A stretch of 32,000 bases of DNA, from the NCBI RefSeq assembly GCF_008065095.1, contig NZ_CP042911.1:3390001-3422000 (forward strand). The letters are read 5' to 3'. The notes under the pieces were generated by a model. It had not been told where the DNA came from and did not search any database. It saw nothing but the letters and a program-made list of their open reading frames with translations. How positions within the stretch are numbered: the first letter of the stretch is position 1; each line of letters opens with the position of its first letter. This document shows, piece by piece, positions 15,041-24,125 of the stretch. The translations under genes were made by a program, and so were the position numbers. Source of the stretch: Gemmata obscuriglobus. Its GTDB lineage: Bacteria; Planctomycetota; Planctomycetia; Gemmatales; Gemmataceae.

Positions 15041-17314
15041 ATGCCGCGCCTCACGCTCCGCACCCTGTTGGCGTACCTCGACGACACGCTCGCGCCCGTG
15101 GAAGCTAAAAGCCTCGGCCGCAAGGTCGCCGGCAGCGACGAGGCCCGCGAACTAATTGACCGCATCAAGCGGGTTACCCGGCGGCGCGGGTTGAGTACGC
15201 CGGTCCCGACCGACGCTGACGACGAGACCGCCGACCCGAACACGGTGGCCGAGTACCTCGACAACACGCTCGACTCGGCGACCGTTAAGCAAGTCGAAGA
15301 GACTTGCCTGGGGTCCGACGTTCACCTCGCAGAGGTCGCGGCCGTCCACCAGATTCTGACGCTGGTCCTGACCGAGCCGGTGCGTGTGCCGCCGCGCGCC
15401 AACCGGCGCATGTACGGACTCGTTCCGCCGCCCGCGTCGCGCCCGAAGCGACGACCGAACAAGAAGTTGCTCCCGGTGAGCGGCACTCGACCCCCCGAAC
15501 CGGACCGCTCCGAGGCCGACGACGCCGACGCGGCCCTGCTCTTGGGGTTGAAGCGCTACGCCGCGTCCGACACCTGGGCCGGGCGTCTCGCACTGGTGGG
15601 CATCGGAGGGGGGCTCGCGCTGATACTCGTATGTGCCGTCTACATGTCGCTGCCGCACCGCGGGCCGAGGCCGCCCGAAACCACACCCGGCAACTCGTTC
15701 GCGCAGCTCAACACCGCCCCGCCCGCCACCGGACCAGAGGAGGGCGTTCCGAAGCCGAAAGAGGTCGAGCCCAAGCCGAAAGAGGTCGAGCCGAAGCCGG
15801 CCACGAAAACGACGGACGAAGAACCGGTTGTTCCCACGCCGAAGGCGCTCGACCCGACCGAGCTATCGGCGGCCTTGGGGGCCGCGGTGGCGGGGGAGGT
15901 GGTAGCCGCTGCGGCCGCCGCGGGACCCAACCTCTCCGACCCGATCGCTCCCCCCGACGACAAGGTCGCCGAAATCGGTCGCGTCGAAACGAGCCGGGTG
16001 CTGGTGGTTGCACAAGACCCCGGGGCCGCCGGGCAGTGGCTTCGGTTGAAGACCAAACCCGAGGACGACGCCCCCATACTTGCGAACGTCCCGGTCATGG
16101 CACTGCCGGGATACAAGGCGCACCTGCTGATCGGACAGCGTGACAAGCAGGTCCAGGTGCTGTTGTGGGGGAACGTGCCGGAACAGGTGCCGTACCGCGT
16201 GTTCGAGTCCCGGGTGAAGTTCCACCAACCGCCCACCGGGTTCGACGCCGACCTCACGCTCCTCGGCGGGCGCATCTACCTCAAGAGCAAAGCGATCGGT
16301 GCGGACAAGAAGCCCACTAGCGCAAAGGTGCGCGTGCGGGTTGCGCGCGAGGTGTGGGACATTACCATTCCGAACGCGCAGGCCGACGTCCTTGTGGAAC
16401 TGGTCTCGTGGTTCGAGCCCGGGACGATGTACGCGCGCAAGGACGGAGCCGCACCGCGCCAGGAGGCGCGAGTCGCGGTGGTCGCCGGAACTGCATCGCT
16501 GACCGCGCCGCGACGGTTCAAGACGGTGCCGAAGCTCGAACGCAAAACTCAGGTCGACTGGAACTCGGGTTCCGGTTCGCTGTCTGATCCCAAGCCGATC
16601 CCCAACGATCTGGAAGCGGACCCCAACCCGCCCCTCGACGGTGAGATCCTCAAAATCATTACTCGCACCCTGTCGGATGCGGCCAACAAGGTGGCTGACA
16701 AGAATGTGGTACGTCAGGTCGTCGAGGGCCGCCTCGAACCACCCCCGGGAACCCCGGACCGCGACCTCGTTGCGCGGCTGGCGGTTTACACTCAGGCCGC
16801 GCTTGCGGACTGCACTCCGACCGGCGGCGAGCACCTGAAGCCGCTCGTGGACCTGCTGCGGTCCGAACTCCCGTGGCTGGCGCGGCAGTCGGTGGTGACG
16901 GCGCTGACCGCGTGGGTGGCGCGCGATCCGGGGAACACGGCGATCCTGCGGTCGGTTCTGGTGAGTAAGGGGTTGGGTGAGGAGACCGAGAACGAAGACG
17001 CCGCGGACCGGTTGCTGCGGCTGCTCCGCGGGTTCGTGTCGCCGACCAAGCCCGACCCGGACCGGCTCGACGATTTGGTCAAGTATTTGGGCGACAAGGA
17101 GATCCCCGTCCGCGAGGCGGCGCTGTGGAACGTCCTCGCCGTGGAACTGGAGACGTGGGTGCCGCTCCCGCTGGAGCGCGGGAACGTCAACATCGGCGCC
17201 GTCGGCGCGGCGGTGAACAGCGAGGAGTACAAAAAGTTCCTGGCGAGTTGGCGAACGAAAATTGATGCGCTCAAGAAGCGTCCGGCACCGGTTCCCTTGC
17301 CACGCCCAAAGTAA
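15041..17314 (+). CDS. hypothetical membrane-anchored protein (757 aa) with a proline-rich linker and a C-terminal helical-repeat domain
   Basis: ATG at 15041 in frame within track ORF 14885..17314. Single TM segment (LALVGIGGGLALILVCAVYM), a PKPKEVEPKPKEVEPKP linker and HEAT-like helices near the C-terminus. Divergent from the dehydrogenase gene. Confidence 0.7.
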   Translation: MPRLTLRTLLAYLDDTLAPVEAKSLGRKVAGSDEARELIDRIKRVTRRRGLSTPVPTDADDETADPNTVAEYLDNTLDSATVKQVEETCLGSDVHLAEVAAVHQILTLVLTEPVRVPPRANRRMYGLVPPPASRPKRRPNKKLLPVSGTRPPEPDRSEADDADAALLLGLKRYAASDTWAGRLALVGIGGGLALILVCAVYMSLPHRGPRPPETTPGNSFAQLNTAPPATGPEEGVPKPKEVEPKPKEVEPKPATKTTDEEPVVPTPKALDPTELSAALGAAVAGEVVAAAAAAGPNLSDPIAPPDDKVAEIGRVETSRVLVVAQDPGAAGQWLRLKTKPEDDAPILANVPVMALPGYKAHLLIGQRDKQVQVLLWGNVPEQVPYRVFESRVKFHQPPTGFDADLTLLGGRIYLKSKAIGADKKPTSAKVRVRVAREVWDITIPNAQADVLVELVSWFEPGTMYARKDGAAPRQEARVAVVAGTASLTAPRRFKTVPKLERKTQVDWNSGSGSLSDPKPIPNDLEADPNPPLDGEILKIITRTLSDAANKVADKNVVRQVVEGRLEPPPGTPDRDLVARLAVYTQAALADCTPTGGEHLKPLVDLLRSELPWLARQSVVTALTAWVARDPGNTAILRSVLVSKGLGEETENEDAADRLLRLLRGFVSPTKPDPDRLDDLVKYLGDKEIPVREAALWNVLAVELETWVPLPLERGNVNIGAVGAAVNSEEYKKFLASWRTKIDALKKRPAPVPLPRPK
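15752..15793 (+). repeat. 21-bp tandem duplication inside the 757-aa gene
   Basis: AAGCCGAAAGAGGTCGAGCCC then AAGCCGAAAGAGGTCGAGCCG, followed by a partial third unit AAGCCGG. Encodes KPKEVEP x2. Confidence 0.9.
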
Positions 17315-17332
17315 CCGACAGGCTGATACGCG

Positions 17333-17360
17333 CCTCCGCAGTCGAATGTGATCGCGGAGG
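17333..17360. terminator. hairpin between convergent genes (possible bidirectional terminator)
   Basis: CCTCCGC (17333-17339) and GCGGAGG (17354-17360) with a 14-nt loop, between the stop of the 757-aa gene (17314) and the recJ stop (17384). No clear U-tract. Confidence 0.3.
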
Positions 17361-17383
17361 TGAGAGCAGGTGCTGACCATACT

Positions 17384-19186
17384 TCACACCAGTTTGGCCG
17401 TTTTCCCGGGCTTCAGGTCGATCACCTGAAGCTCCAGCTTGCGCGAGCCCTTCCACTCGTTGATTTTCGGCGTGAACGCGAGGCAGCAATCCCCGCCCGC
17501 GCTCATGAGTTCTTCCATTCGGTCGGCCATCCCCCAGGCCACGCAGCGGATTGTTGTGTCGCCCTGGCGCACCCGGAAGTCCATGTGCCGCTGGATTTCG
17601 CCCGTACCGATCAATCGCGCGGCTTCCACTTTGAGTCCCGCCGCCAGGAACTTCGGTCTCGGGTTGCCCGCGCCGTAGGGTTCGAGCTTGTCCAGATCGT
17701 TGATCAGGCCGAACGTGAGCGCGGAGAGCGGTACCTCGGCATCAAGGGTCAACGTTTGGGCCGGAGCACCGCCTGGGTAGTGGCTCCGAACGTACGCATT
17801 GAACCGATCGCGGAGGGCCGGAATGCGGTCGGGCCGGACTTTCAATCCGGCGGCGGCGGCGTGGCCCCCGTGTCCCTCCAGGATGTCGTCGCATGCGACC
17901 AGCGCCGTATGCAGCGCGAAGCCCGTCACACTTCGCCCGGAACCGGTGGAGACCGCTTCATTGGGCTGCATCGCGATGACCAGTGCGGGCTTGCCGAAGT
18001 AATCGACCAGACGGCTCGCGACGATTCCGACGACGCCCGGGTGCCATTCGGGTGAGCCGACCACGATCGCCGGGTCGTCGGCGAACTGTTCCTCCACCAG
18101 TTCTTTTGCGGCCTGGGTGTATTTGCGCTCGCGGGCCTGCCGGTCGCCGTTTTGGGCTTCGAGCTGCTCGGCGAGCTGTCGCGCCTTAGTGGGCGACTGA
18201 GTGGTGAGCAACTCGACCGCGAAACTGGCGCAGCCGAGCCGCCCGGCCGCGTTCAACCGCGGCGCGAGCTTGAACCCCACGTCTTCCGCCGTGAGCACCT
18301 GATCGGGCTTCACACCGCTGGCGTCGAGGAGCGCTTTCAGCCCGACGGAGGGGTTCGCTTTGATCCGCTCCAACCCGTGCCGCACGAACACGCGGTTCTC
18401 GTCGCGCAGCGGGACCACGTCGGCGACAAGGCCGAGTGCTGCCAGTCCCACCGAATCGAGTAGCACCTCGCGCAGGTCCGCCGACACTTTTTCTGAGCCG
18501 CTCGCGCGCTGCGCAACCGCCCACGCCAGTTTGAACGCCACACCGGCGCCGGACAGATCACCGAACGGGTACGGTTCCGCAGCACGCAGTCGCGGGTGAA
18601 CCAGAACGTCGGCCACCGGCAGCAGCGGCCCGTCGAGGCCCATCTTCATTTCGTGGTGGTCGGTGACGATCAGCTCGAGCCCGAGATCGCGGGCGGTCTG
18701 CGCTTCCGCGATACTTGCGATCCCGCAGTCCACGCTGATAACGAGTTGAACCCCGTTGCGGTACAGCTCGTGTAGCCGCTCGGAGTTTAGCCCGTACCCT
18801 TCGGACAGGCGCAACGGGACGTGGAACTGAACGTCGGCGCCGAGCTTGCCGAGCACGCGCAAGAGGATGGATGTGCCGGTGACGCCGTCCACGTCGTAAT
18901 CACCGTACACGCAGATCCGGCGCCGGGCGGTGACCGCCCGAACGACTCGCTCCGCGGCCTCTTTGACGCCGGGCAGAGCGAGGGGCGGGTGCAGCGCGCC
19001 AAGGGGAGAATCCAGGAACCGGCGGGCGGCTGCCGCGTCCCGGACGCCACGGTTGAGGAGCAACTGCGCGACCACGGACGACACCCGTGCGGAGCCGGCA
19101 AGTCGGTTGGTCGCACTGGAGTCGGCCGGGAGCAGGTGCCACTGTTTTTCCGCACGCGCCACGTTCCTGTTCCTCGACTGCATCAA
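17384..19186 (-). CDS. recJ: single-stranded-DNA-specific exonuclease RecJ
   Basis: 600 aa. DHH-family motifs ICVYGDYDVDGVTG, VISVDCGI and IVTDHHE, DHHA1 motif GHGGHAAAAG, and a C-terminal OB-like region. Confidence 0.95.
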   Translation of the reverse strand: MMQSRNRNVARAEKQWHLLPADSSATNRLAGSARVSSVVAQLLLNRGVRDAAAARRFLDSPLGALHPPLALPGVKEAAERVVRAVTARRRICVYGDYDVDGVTGTSILLRVLGKLGADVQFHVPLRLSEGYGLNSERLHELYRNGVQLVISVDCGIASIAEAQTARDLGLELIVTDHHEMKMGLDGPLLPVADVLVHPRLRAAEPYPFGDLSGAGVAFKLAWAVAQRASGSEKVSADLREVLLDSVGLAALGLVADVVPLRDENRVFVRHGLERIKANPSVGLKALLDASGVKPDQVLTAEDVGFKLAPRLNAAGRLGCASFAVELLTTQSPTKARQLAEQLEAQNGDRQARERKYTQAAKELVEEQFADDPAIVVGSPEWHPGVVGIVASRLVDYFGKPALVIAMQPNEAVSTGSGRSVTGFALHTALVACDDILEGHGGHAAAAGLKVRPDRIPALRDRFNAYVRSHYPGGAPAQTLTLDAEVPLSALTFGLINDLDKLEPYGAGNPRPKFLAAGLKVEAARLIGTGEIQRHMDFRVRQGDTTIRCVAWGMADRMEELMSAGGDCCLAFTPKINEWKGSRKLELQVIDLKPGKTAKLV

Positions 19187-19447
19187 GGGGCCGATCCTTA
19201 TTTAGAACGTGTGTTCAGTGACGTGACAAGGCCAACCCGCTCTCGCGATACCCCGGCACGTCCGGCGCGCGCGGCGCATGCGCCCCGTCCGGGGCGTTCG
19301 GCGTTACGTGCGCCACCGGGCCACGGGGGAAGAATTCGAGTCCTTTTGCGCTCCGGCGGTTCACGAACCGGTTGCGGGGACGACGATGCGTGTAGTGACC
19401 GAGTGGCTGCCACCTGTAGACTTCCAACACGTCGGAGGATAGTTATC

Positions 19448-20029
19448 GTGAACGCCGCGTTCCTGCTCATGTCCACGGCCGCTCTGGCCGGTGCCGACGT
19501 GGCCCCGCCGCCCGCGGCGCCCGCTCCGGCCGTAATCAGCTCCGGCGCCGGGTGCAGCAACTGCGCGGTTCCGGTCGCGCCGTGCAACGACTGCGGCAAG
19601 ACCAAGGTCGGGCTGCTCGACAAACTCAAGGCCCGGCTCGGCGGGATCGGTAAGAAGTCGCACGACTGTGGGTGCGCCCCGGCCCCGGTCGCGCCGTGCA
19701 ACGACTGCGTGACCACCACGGTTTCCGCTCGCCCGAACCTCCTCGACAAACTGAAGTCGCGGATGGGGCACAAGAAGGCGTCGGCGTGCTGCGGCCCGGT
19801 GTGCGATCCGTGCGCGGTAGCTCCGCTGTCCGTGGTCCCGCCGACCCCGACGCCGGGCACGACCCCGCCGAGCACCACTCCGCCGAAGGAGATGCCCAAG
19901 CCGCAAGAGGCTCCCAAAACCCAACCCAAGCCGAAGACCACCAAGGACGAGGCTGCGGTTCCGCTACCGCTTCCGGCCGCTCCGGTGACCGGGGCCAGCG
20001 GTCTGGCCGGCGTTGGTAACCCCTACTAA
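19448..20029 (+). CDS. secreted Cys-rich / Pro-rich repeat protein (193 aa)
   Basis: GTG at 19448 preceded by GGAGGA; in frame in track ORF 18821..20029, whose upstream part is antisense to recJ. Signal-like FLLMSTAALAGA. Two copies of VAPCNDC...LLDKLK(A/S)R, then a PTPTPGTTPPSTTPPKEMPKPQ tail. Confidence 0.7.
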   Translation: MNAAFLLMSTAALAGADVAPPPAAPAPAVISSGAGCSNCAVPVAPCNDCGKTKVGLLDKLKARLGGIGKKSHDCGCAPAPVAPCNDCVTTTVSARPNLLDKLKSRMGHKKASACCGPVCDPCAVAPLSVVPPTPTPGTTPPSTTPPKEMPKPQEAPKTQPKPKTTKDEAAVPLPLPAAPVTGASGLAGVGNPY

Positions 20030-20059
20030 CGGGCTCCCGACCGCGTTGCGATCAACTCG

Positions 20060-20104
20060 CGCCCCCGGGCGGTCCTTTGGACCGGCCCGGGGGCGGTGTT
20101 TTTT
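20060..20104 (+). terminator. intrinsic terminator
   Basis: Perfect 11-bp stem CGCCCCCGGGC (20060-20070) / GCCCGGGGGCG (20085-20095), followed by GTG and TTTTTT (20099-20104), 30 nt after the stop at 20029. Confidence 0.75.
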
Positions 20105-20191
20105 GAGTGTGTTTCCAACTCTGCTCTTCCACCGGCCCGGTGCCGGATTAGTATTGGCTGTAGACTGGACACGCCAACGGGATTAGCACGG

Positions 20192-20770
20192 ATGAACGCG
20201 GCATCTCCGGGGCTCGGGGCCGAACTCGCTAACAAAATCGCCCGTCTCGTCGAGGAGCGGGGCTGGAACCAAGAAGACTTCGCCCGCATCTCGGGTCTGA
20301 ATCGTCATACGGTTAGGCAGATATTGCAGGGCGGACCGAAACGCCAACTCCGTAACACGACCGTGAGCCAGTGTGCAGACGCGTTGGGGTTGACCGTCAG
20401 TGAGTTGCGCACGCTTCCGCTTGAACGCCTCCTGCCGCGGATGCACGGGAAACCGGCGGACGACGATGAGTCACTCAAGCTGCTAGACGAGCGTGCCCAG
20501 TTGCCCGACCTGGTCGGGTGGCTGGAGCGCAACCGCAACCGCGCGGCCGAACTGCGACCTGACGAGGTGCTGGAACTGCTCGACATGCAGGCCCCCAGTG
20601 GCCCACTGGTCAAACTGGGGGTCGAGACGTGCGTCGACCTCATTGAGCGGCGCCGCCACCTCGTATGCAAGGTAAAGGAAATCGCGGGGACGGAATATTT
20701 CGAGTTTCTGGAACAGTTCGTTAAACTGATCCACGATAAGGTGAAGCCGACCCCGAGTAAACGCGTCTGA
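20192..20770 (+). CDS. XRE-family helix-turn-helix protein (192 aa)
   Basis: ATG at 20192 in frame in track ORF 20096..20770. HTH segment NQEDFARISGLNRHTVRQILQG. I do not recognise the C-terminal ~110 aa. Confidence 0.7.
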   Translation: MNAASPGLGAELANKIARLVEERGWNQEDFARISGLNRHTVRQILQGGPKRQLRNTTVSQCADALGLTVSELRTLPLERLLPRMHGKPADDDESLKLLDERAQLPDLVGWLERNRNRAAELRPDEVLELLDMQAPSGPLVKLGVETCVDLIERRRHLVCKVKEIAGTEYFEFLEQFVKLIHDKVKPTPSKRV

Positions 20771-20977
20771 GCCGTCGCTTGCTGCGATCGGCCAAAAAAC
20801 TCAACCGCTTCACGGCGACGCGGTTCGTCTGAATCACGGTGCGCGTTGTGCCGCGCGTGCGCTCTTCGTGTTGCCGTAGAAGGTGCTGCGAATCGCGACG
20901 CCGCACCGCGAGAATTCAACACAAGGGGCCGCCCGCCGTTCGCACTCGGGACGGGTTACCGTTTCGGAGTTTCGTCC

Positions 20978-21643
20978 ATGTCCGCTGCCCCAAGCCTTCC
21001 GCGCCCGTTCAACCCGCCGCCGCGCCTCAGGGACACGCGCCTCCCCCCGCCCGGGGAGGTTCCGGCGGTGCTGACCCGAGGCGAACCGGAAACGCACGCG
21101 TACTTCTCCGAAATCGAACGGCTCTGGTCGTCGGACCGTGCCCAACTCGAGACCGACCTGCGCGCGCACGGCGAATCACTGGAAAGCACACACTGGCAAC
21201 GGTTGAATCAGGTCAAGTATCCGCCGCACTGGCACACGTGTGTTCTGGTCGAGTGCTACGGTACGTTGCAGGGGATGATGGCGGTCGAGAACCTGTTGCG
21301 GCCCGCGCGCCTGACCCCTGCGGCGTGGGTGCTGTACGTCGATTACATTGAACTGGCGCCATGGAACTACTGCGTGCCGCAGAACCGTGCTTTACCGCTC
21401 GTCCGCGACGCACGCTTTAAAGGTGTGGGGGTAACGCTGCTGGGCGAGGCCGTCCGGATGAGTGTCGGTACGACGGCCGGTGGGCGGGTGGGGTTGCACG
21501 CGCTTCCTCAGGCCGACGAGTTTTACGCGCGGTGCGGTATGACCCGCGTCGGACCCGATCCGCTCTATCACGACCTAGTTTATTGGGAGTACGCGGACGG
21601 CGCGGCCGCGGCGTGCTTAACCGCCTTGGGACTTTCCGCATGA
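20978..21643 (+). CDS. GNAT-family N-acetyltransferase with a ~100-aa N-terminal extension
   Basis: ATG at 20978 in frame in track ORF 20846..21643. Acetyl-CoA-binding-type segment ARFKGVGVTLLGEAVRMS, then LHALPQADEFYARCGM, consistent with GNAT motifs A and B. Confidence 0.65.
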   Translation: MSAAPSLPRPFNPPPRLRDTRLPPPGEVPAVLTRGEPETHAYFSEIERLWSSDRAQLETDLRAHGESLESTHWQRLNQVKYPPHWHTCVLVECYGTLQGMMAVENLLRPARLTPAAWVLYVDYIELAPWNYCVPQNRALPLVRDARFKGVGVTLLGEAVRMSVGTTAGGRVGLHALPQADEFYARCGMTRVGPDPLYHDLVYWEYADGAAAACLTALGLSA

Positions 21644-22395
21644 CCCCGCACCAGAAACCCGGACCGGACGTTTGGGACTACACCGGCCTCGTGGCCGTCG
21701 GGCGCGCGACGAACCGTCCGCTCACCCCTCCAACCGAAGAGGAAGTTCGGCGACTCGAACAAGCGTGGAACGACCCGGCCCGGTACAGACGGCGGGACGT
21801 TGTGTGGGCGGGCGGCGCGGCGGCGCGCGCCGACGCTCGCGCGGACGCGGGGCTCACGCTGGTTCCATCGCGGCAAGATATCGCGGCGCTGCCCCGCTGG
21901 GCGCGGGTTGCGTTCGCGGCTCGTTGCGCGCGGCGTGTGCTGCCGGTGATCAAGAAACTGTGGACCGACTCGCCGAAGCCGCTCCTCCCGTCGCTCGACA
22001 AAGCGGTCCGTGTCGCCGAAACTGCGGCCGCTGATCGCAACGTGGGTGGCGGGTCGGTCGCTACCACCCATGTCGCCCGTGCCGACGGCGCGGCCGATGC
22101 TGTGGCCGCTGTGTGCGCAGCGGACTCCGCTCGGGCCGCGGCTTACGCCGCTGATGCGGCCCACGCGGACGTGGTGCGCGGCGCCGTTACCGCGGCCGTC
22201 ACCTGCTTGCTTCGTGCGAGTACCGTCGGCAACGTGGGGCACCTCGCCGCCCCGGCGCGTGACTTCGATGCCCTCGCGCGGCGCGCAAAAAGCGAACGCT
22301 GGACCCACGACACGCCTGTGCCCCCGTCCACATTCGGGCCGATGTGGGACGGCACCCCGCCGGAGTGGTGGACCGACGATCTGTTCCGCTCCTAG
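21640..22395 (+). CDS. hypothetical Ala-rich helical protein (251 aa), start overlaps the GNAT stop (ATGA)
   Basis: ATG at 21640 overlaps TGA 21641-21643. Central PRWARVAFAARCARRVLPV, then Ala-rich helices (AADAVAAVCAADSARAAAYAADAAHAD). C-terminal FGPMWDGTPPEWW. Confidence 0.6.
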   Translation: MTPHQKPGPDVWDYTGLVAVGRATNRPLTPPTEEEVRRLEQAWNDPARYRRRDVVWAGGAAARADARADAGLTLVPSRQDIAALPRWARVAFAARCARRVLPVIKKLWTDSPKPLLPSLDKAVRVAETAAADRNVGGGSVATTHVARADGAADAVAAVCAADSARAAAYAADAAHADVVRGAVTAAVTCLLRASTVGNVGHLAAPARDFDALARRAKSERWTHDTPVPPSTFGPMWDGTPPEWWTDDLFRS

Positions 22396-22399
22396 CCGC

Positions 22400-22418
22400 A
22401 GGCCGACACCGTCGGCCT
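22400..22418 (+). terminator. possible terminator hairpin
   Basis: AGGCCGAC-ACC-GTCGGCCT, 5 nt after the stop at 22395, followed by a T-rich but interrupted tract (ACTCTGTGTTTGTTG). Confidence 0.35.
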
Positions 22419-22622
22419 ACTCTGTGTTTGTTGCCCGCCCGGCATTGGCTGCGCGTCTGCGGTTGCGTTTCCCCGAAGAATTTTGCTCTGGTGCTTGCAT
22501 CGCGCGCCGGCCGTGAGTAGAACACGTTTGATTTTTACAGCCCAGCGGCCTACCACACGGTGTTGAGCTTGCACCCGGGCCGCTGTCACCGAACCTGCCC
22601 TGTTGGGCAAACCGAGGAACCG

Positions 22623-22733
22623 ATGCCAGAGTTCATGACGAGTTGGGGCTTCATGGGCGGGATGGTCGTCGCCCTGTTGGTGCTCATCGGCCTGATGCTG
22701 TTCCTCCGCAACAACAAGAAGGATGAAGATTGA
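22623..22733 (+). CDS. candidate 36-aa single-TM small protein
   Basis: Below the track size cutoff. ATG preceded by GAGGAA at a 4-nt spacing. Translates MPEFMTSWGFMGGMVVALLVLIGLMLFLRNNKKDED*, a hydrophobic core followed by a charged tail. Confidence 0.35.
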   Translation: MPEFMTSWGFMGGMVVALLVLIGLMLFLRNNKKDED

Positions 22734-22811
22734 GCCCGGTCCGCACCGGTCAAAAACAAGCGGGCCGCCACGAACGGCGGCCCGACCCGATGCACTCCTT
22801 TTTGCCGATCA

Positions 22812-23915
22812 TCACGGCCGGTTCGACCGGCTGGTCTGACCCGCGAACTGTCCGACCGTCACTTCCAGAGCGACCGCCTTTCTGTCGCGCCACACACTTA
22901 GCCGCACTTTCTGGCCCGGCGGTAGTGCCGACACCAAATTGATCAGGTGGTTCTCGTCCCGCAGCGTGACATCTTCGATTTGAAGGATCACGTCGCCGAC
23001 GCGCAACCCCGCGGCCGCGGCCGGGGTGTTCGGGTGAACGATTTCGACCAGCGCGCCGCTGACGCGGCTGAGGCCCAGGCGCAGGGCTTCGGCGGGTTCC
23101 AGCGCGCTCGCCAACTGCACACCCAGATACCCCCGCGTGACCGTACCCTTCTCGATCAACTGCCCCGCGATCCGCTTGACGAGGTTCGCCGGGATGCTGA
23201 ACGACACCCCGCTGCTGCTGCCGCTCTTCGATGCTATGGCCGTGTTAATCCCGACCACTTTACCGTCGAGATCGACCAGCGGGCCGCCGCTCGAACCGGG
23301 GTTGATCGCGGCGTCGGTTTGGAGGAACTCTTTGATGCGTATGGTCGAACCGAGCGAGATCTGGCCGCGGTCGGTCGCGGAGATGATTCCGTGGGTCACG
23401 GTCTGATTCAGGCCGAACGGGCTACCGAACGCGAGCACCCATTGCCCCCGCTTGACGCGCGAACTGTCGGCGAGCGTCGCCGCCGGCAGGGAGTCGTCTT
23501 CGATGTTAAGGAACGACAAGTCGGACTCGGGGTCCGCCCAGATGCGCGCCGGCTGAACGATGCGCCCGTCGGACAGCGTGACGTACACCTTCGACGGGGC
23601 CGCGGCGCCGACGACGTGGTAGTTGCTCACCACGACCACACCCGCTGCGCCCGGGAACTTCACGATCACACCGGAGCCGGATTCTTCAACCGGGTCGCTC
23701 TTCGTTGAGCCGGGCGCAGCCGGCTTGACCGCGTCCACCGCGACCACCGACGAACTAAAGTGCTTAATGATGTTCTGGAACCGGTCGTGTGGTGCGACGG
23801 CAGCATCACCGGGTTGGGCCGAGGCGCGTTCACCACGCACGAGAGACTCGGCCGCAGCCCCGCCCAAGAACGCGAACGCAGCGCACACCGTCGCGAAGAG
23901 CACCTTGTTCCGCAT
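22812..23915 (-). CDS. htrA: HtrA/DegP-family serine protease with a PDZ domain
   Basis: 367 aa. Signal-like N-terminus, His context SNYHVV, Ser context TDAAINPGSSGGPLVDLDGKVVGINTAI, and a C-terminal PDZ-like region (GYLGVQL...GDVILQIED). Confidence 0.9.
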   Translation of the reverse strand: MRNKVLFATVCAAFAFLGGAAAESLVRGERASAQPGDAAVAPHDRFQNIIKHFSSSVVAVDAVKPAAPGSTKSDPVEESGSGVIVKFPGAAGVVVVSNYHVVGAAAPSKVYVTLSDGRIVQPARIWADPESDLSFLNIEDDSLPAATLADSSRVKRGQWVLAFGSPFGLNQTVTHGIISATDRGQISLGSTIRIKEFLQTDAAINPGSSGGPLVDLDGKVVGINTAIASKSGSSSGVSFSIPANLVKRIAGQLIEKGTVTRGYLGVQLASALEPAEALRLGLSRVSGALVEIVHPNTPAAAAGLRVGDVILQIEDVTLRDENHLINLVSALPPGQKVRLSVWRDRKAVALEVTVGQFAGQTSRSNRP

Positions 23916-24060
23916 AGGTTCGTCGCCTTGAACAGAAGTTGACCGGTTGTACGAGAACTGTCCGTCACCCGCAGTGCAACCGCTTCCACTCTACTCTTCG
24001 GCGGAGTCCGTTCGCGCCGGGCGACCGGGCCGGAGCAAATAATTTCTCCGAACGGAGCGG

Positions 24061-24104
24061 CACAAAACGAATAGAGCCCGCGGGCCTTTTTACCCGCGGG
24101 CTCT
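24061..24104 (-). terminator. intrinsic terminator downstream of the dksA-like gene
   Basis: Perfect 12-bp stem AGAGCCCGCGGG (24073-24084) / CCCGCGGGCTCT (24093-24104). On the - strand it is followed by ATTCGTTTTGTG. Lies 22 nt past the stop at 24126. Confidence 0.6.
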
Positions 24105-24125
24105 TTACAGTCGGCGCATCCGGTT

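Noticed and set aside
15863-17380. 505-aa ORF on the - strand
   Set aside because: It is fully antisense to the 757-aa + strand gene and is Arg-rich and low-complexity. The + strand product has a coherent TM, linker and helical-domain organisation.
18821-19447. Upstream part of the 402-aa track ORF 18821..20029
   Set aside because: It lies antisense to recJ and has no protein-like composition. A GTG with a GGAGGA box at 19448 begins a signal peptide, giving a sensible 193-aa product.
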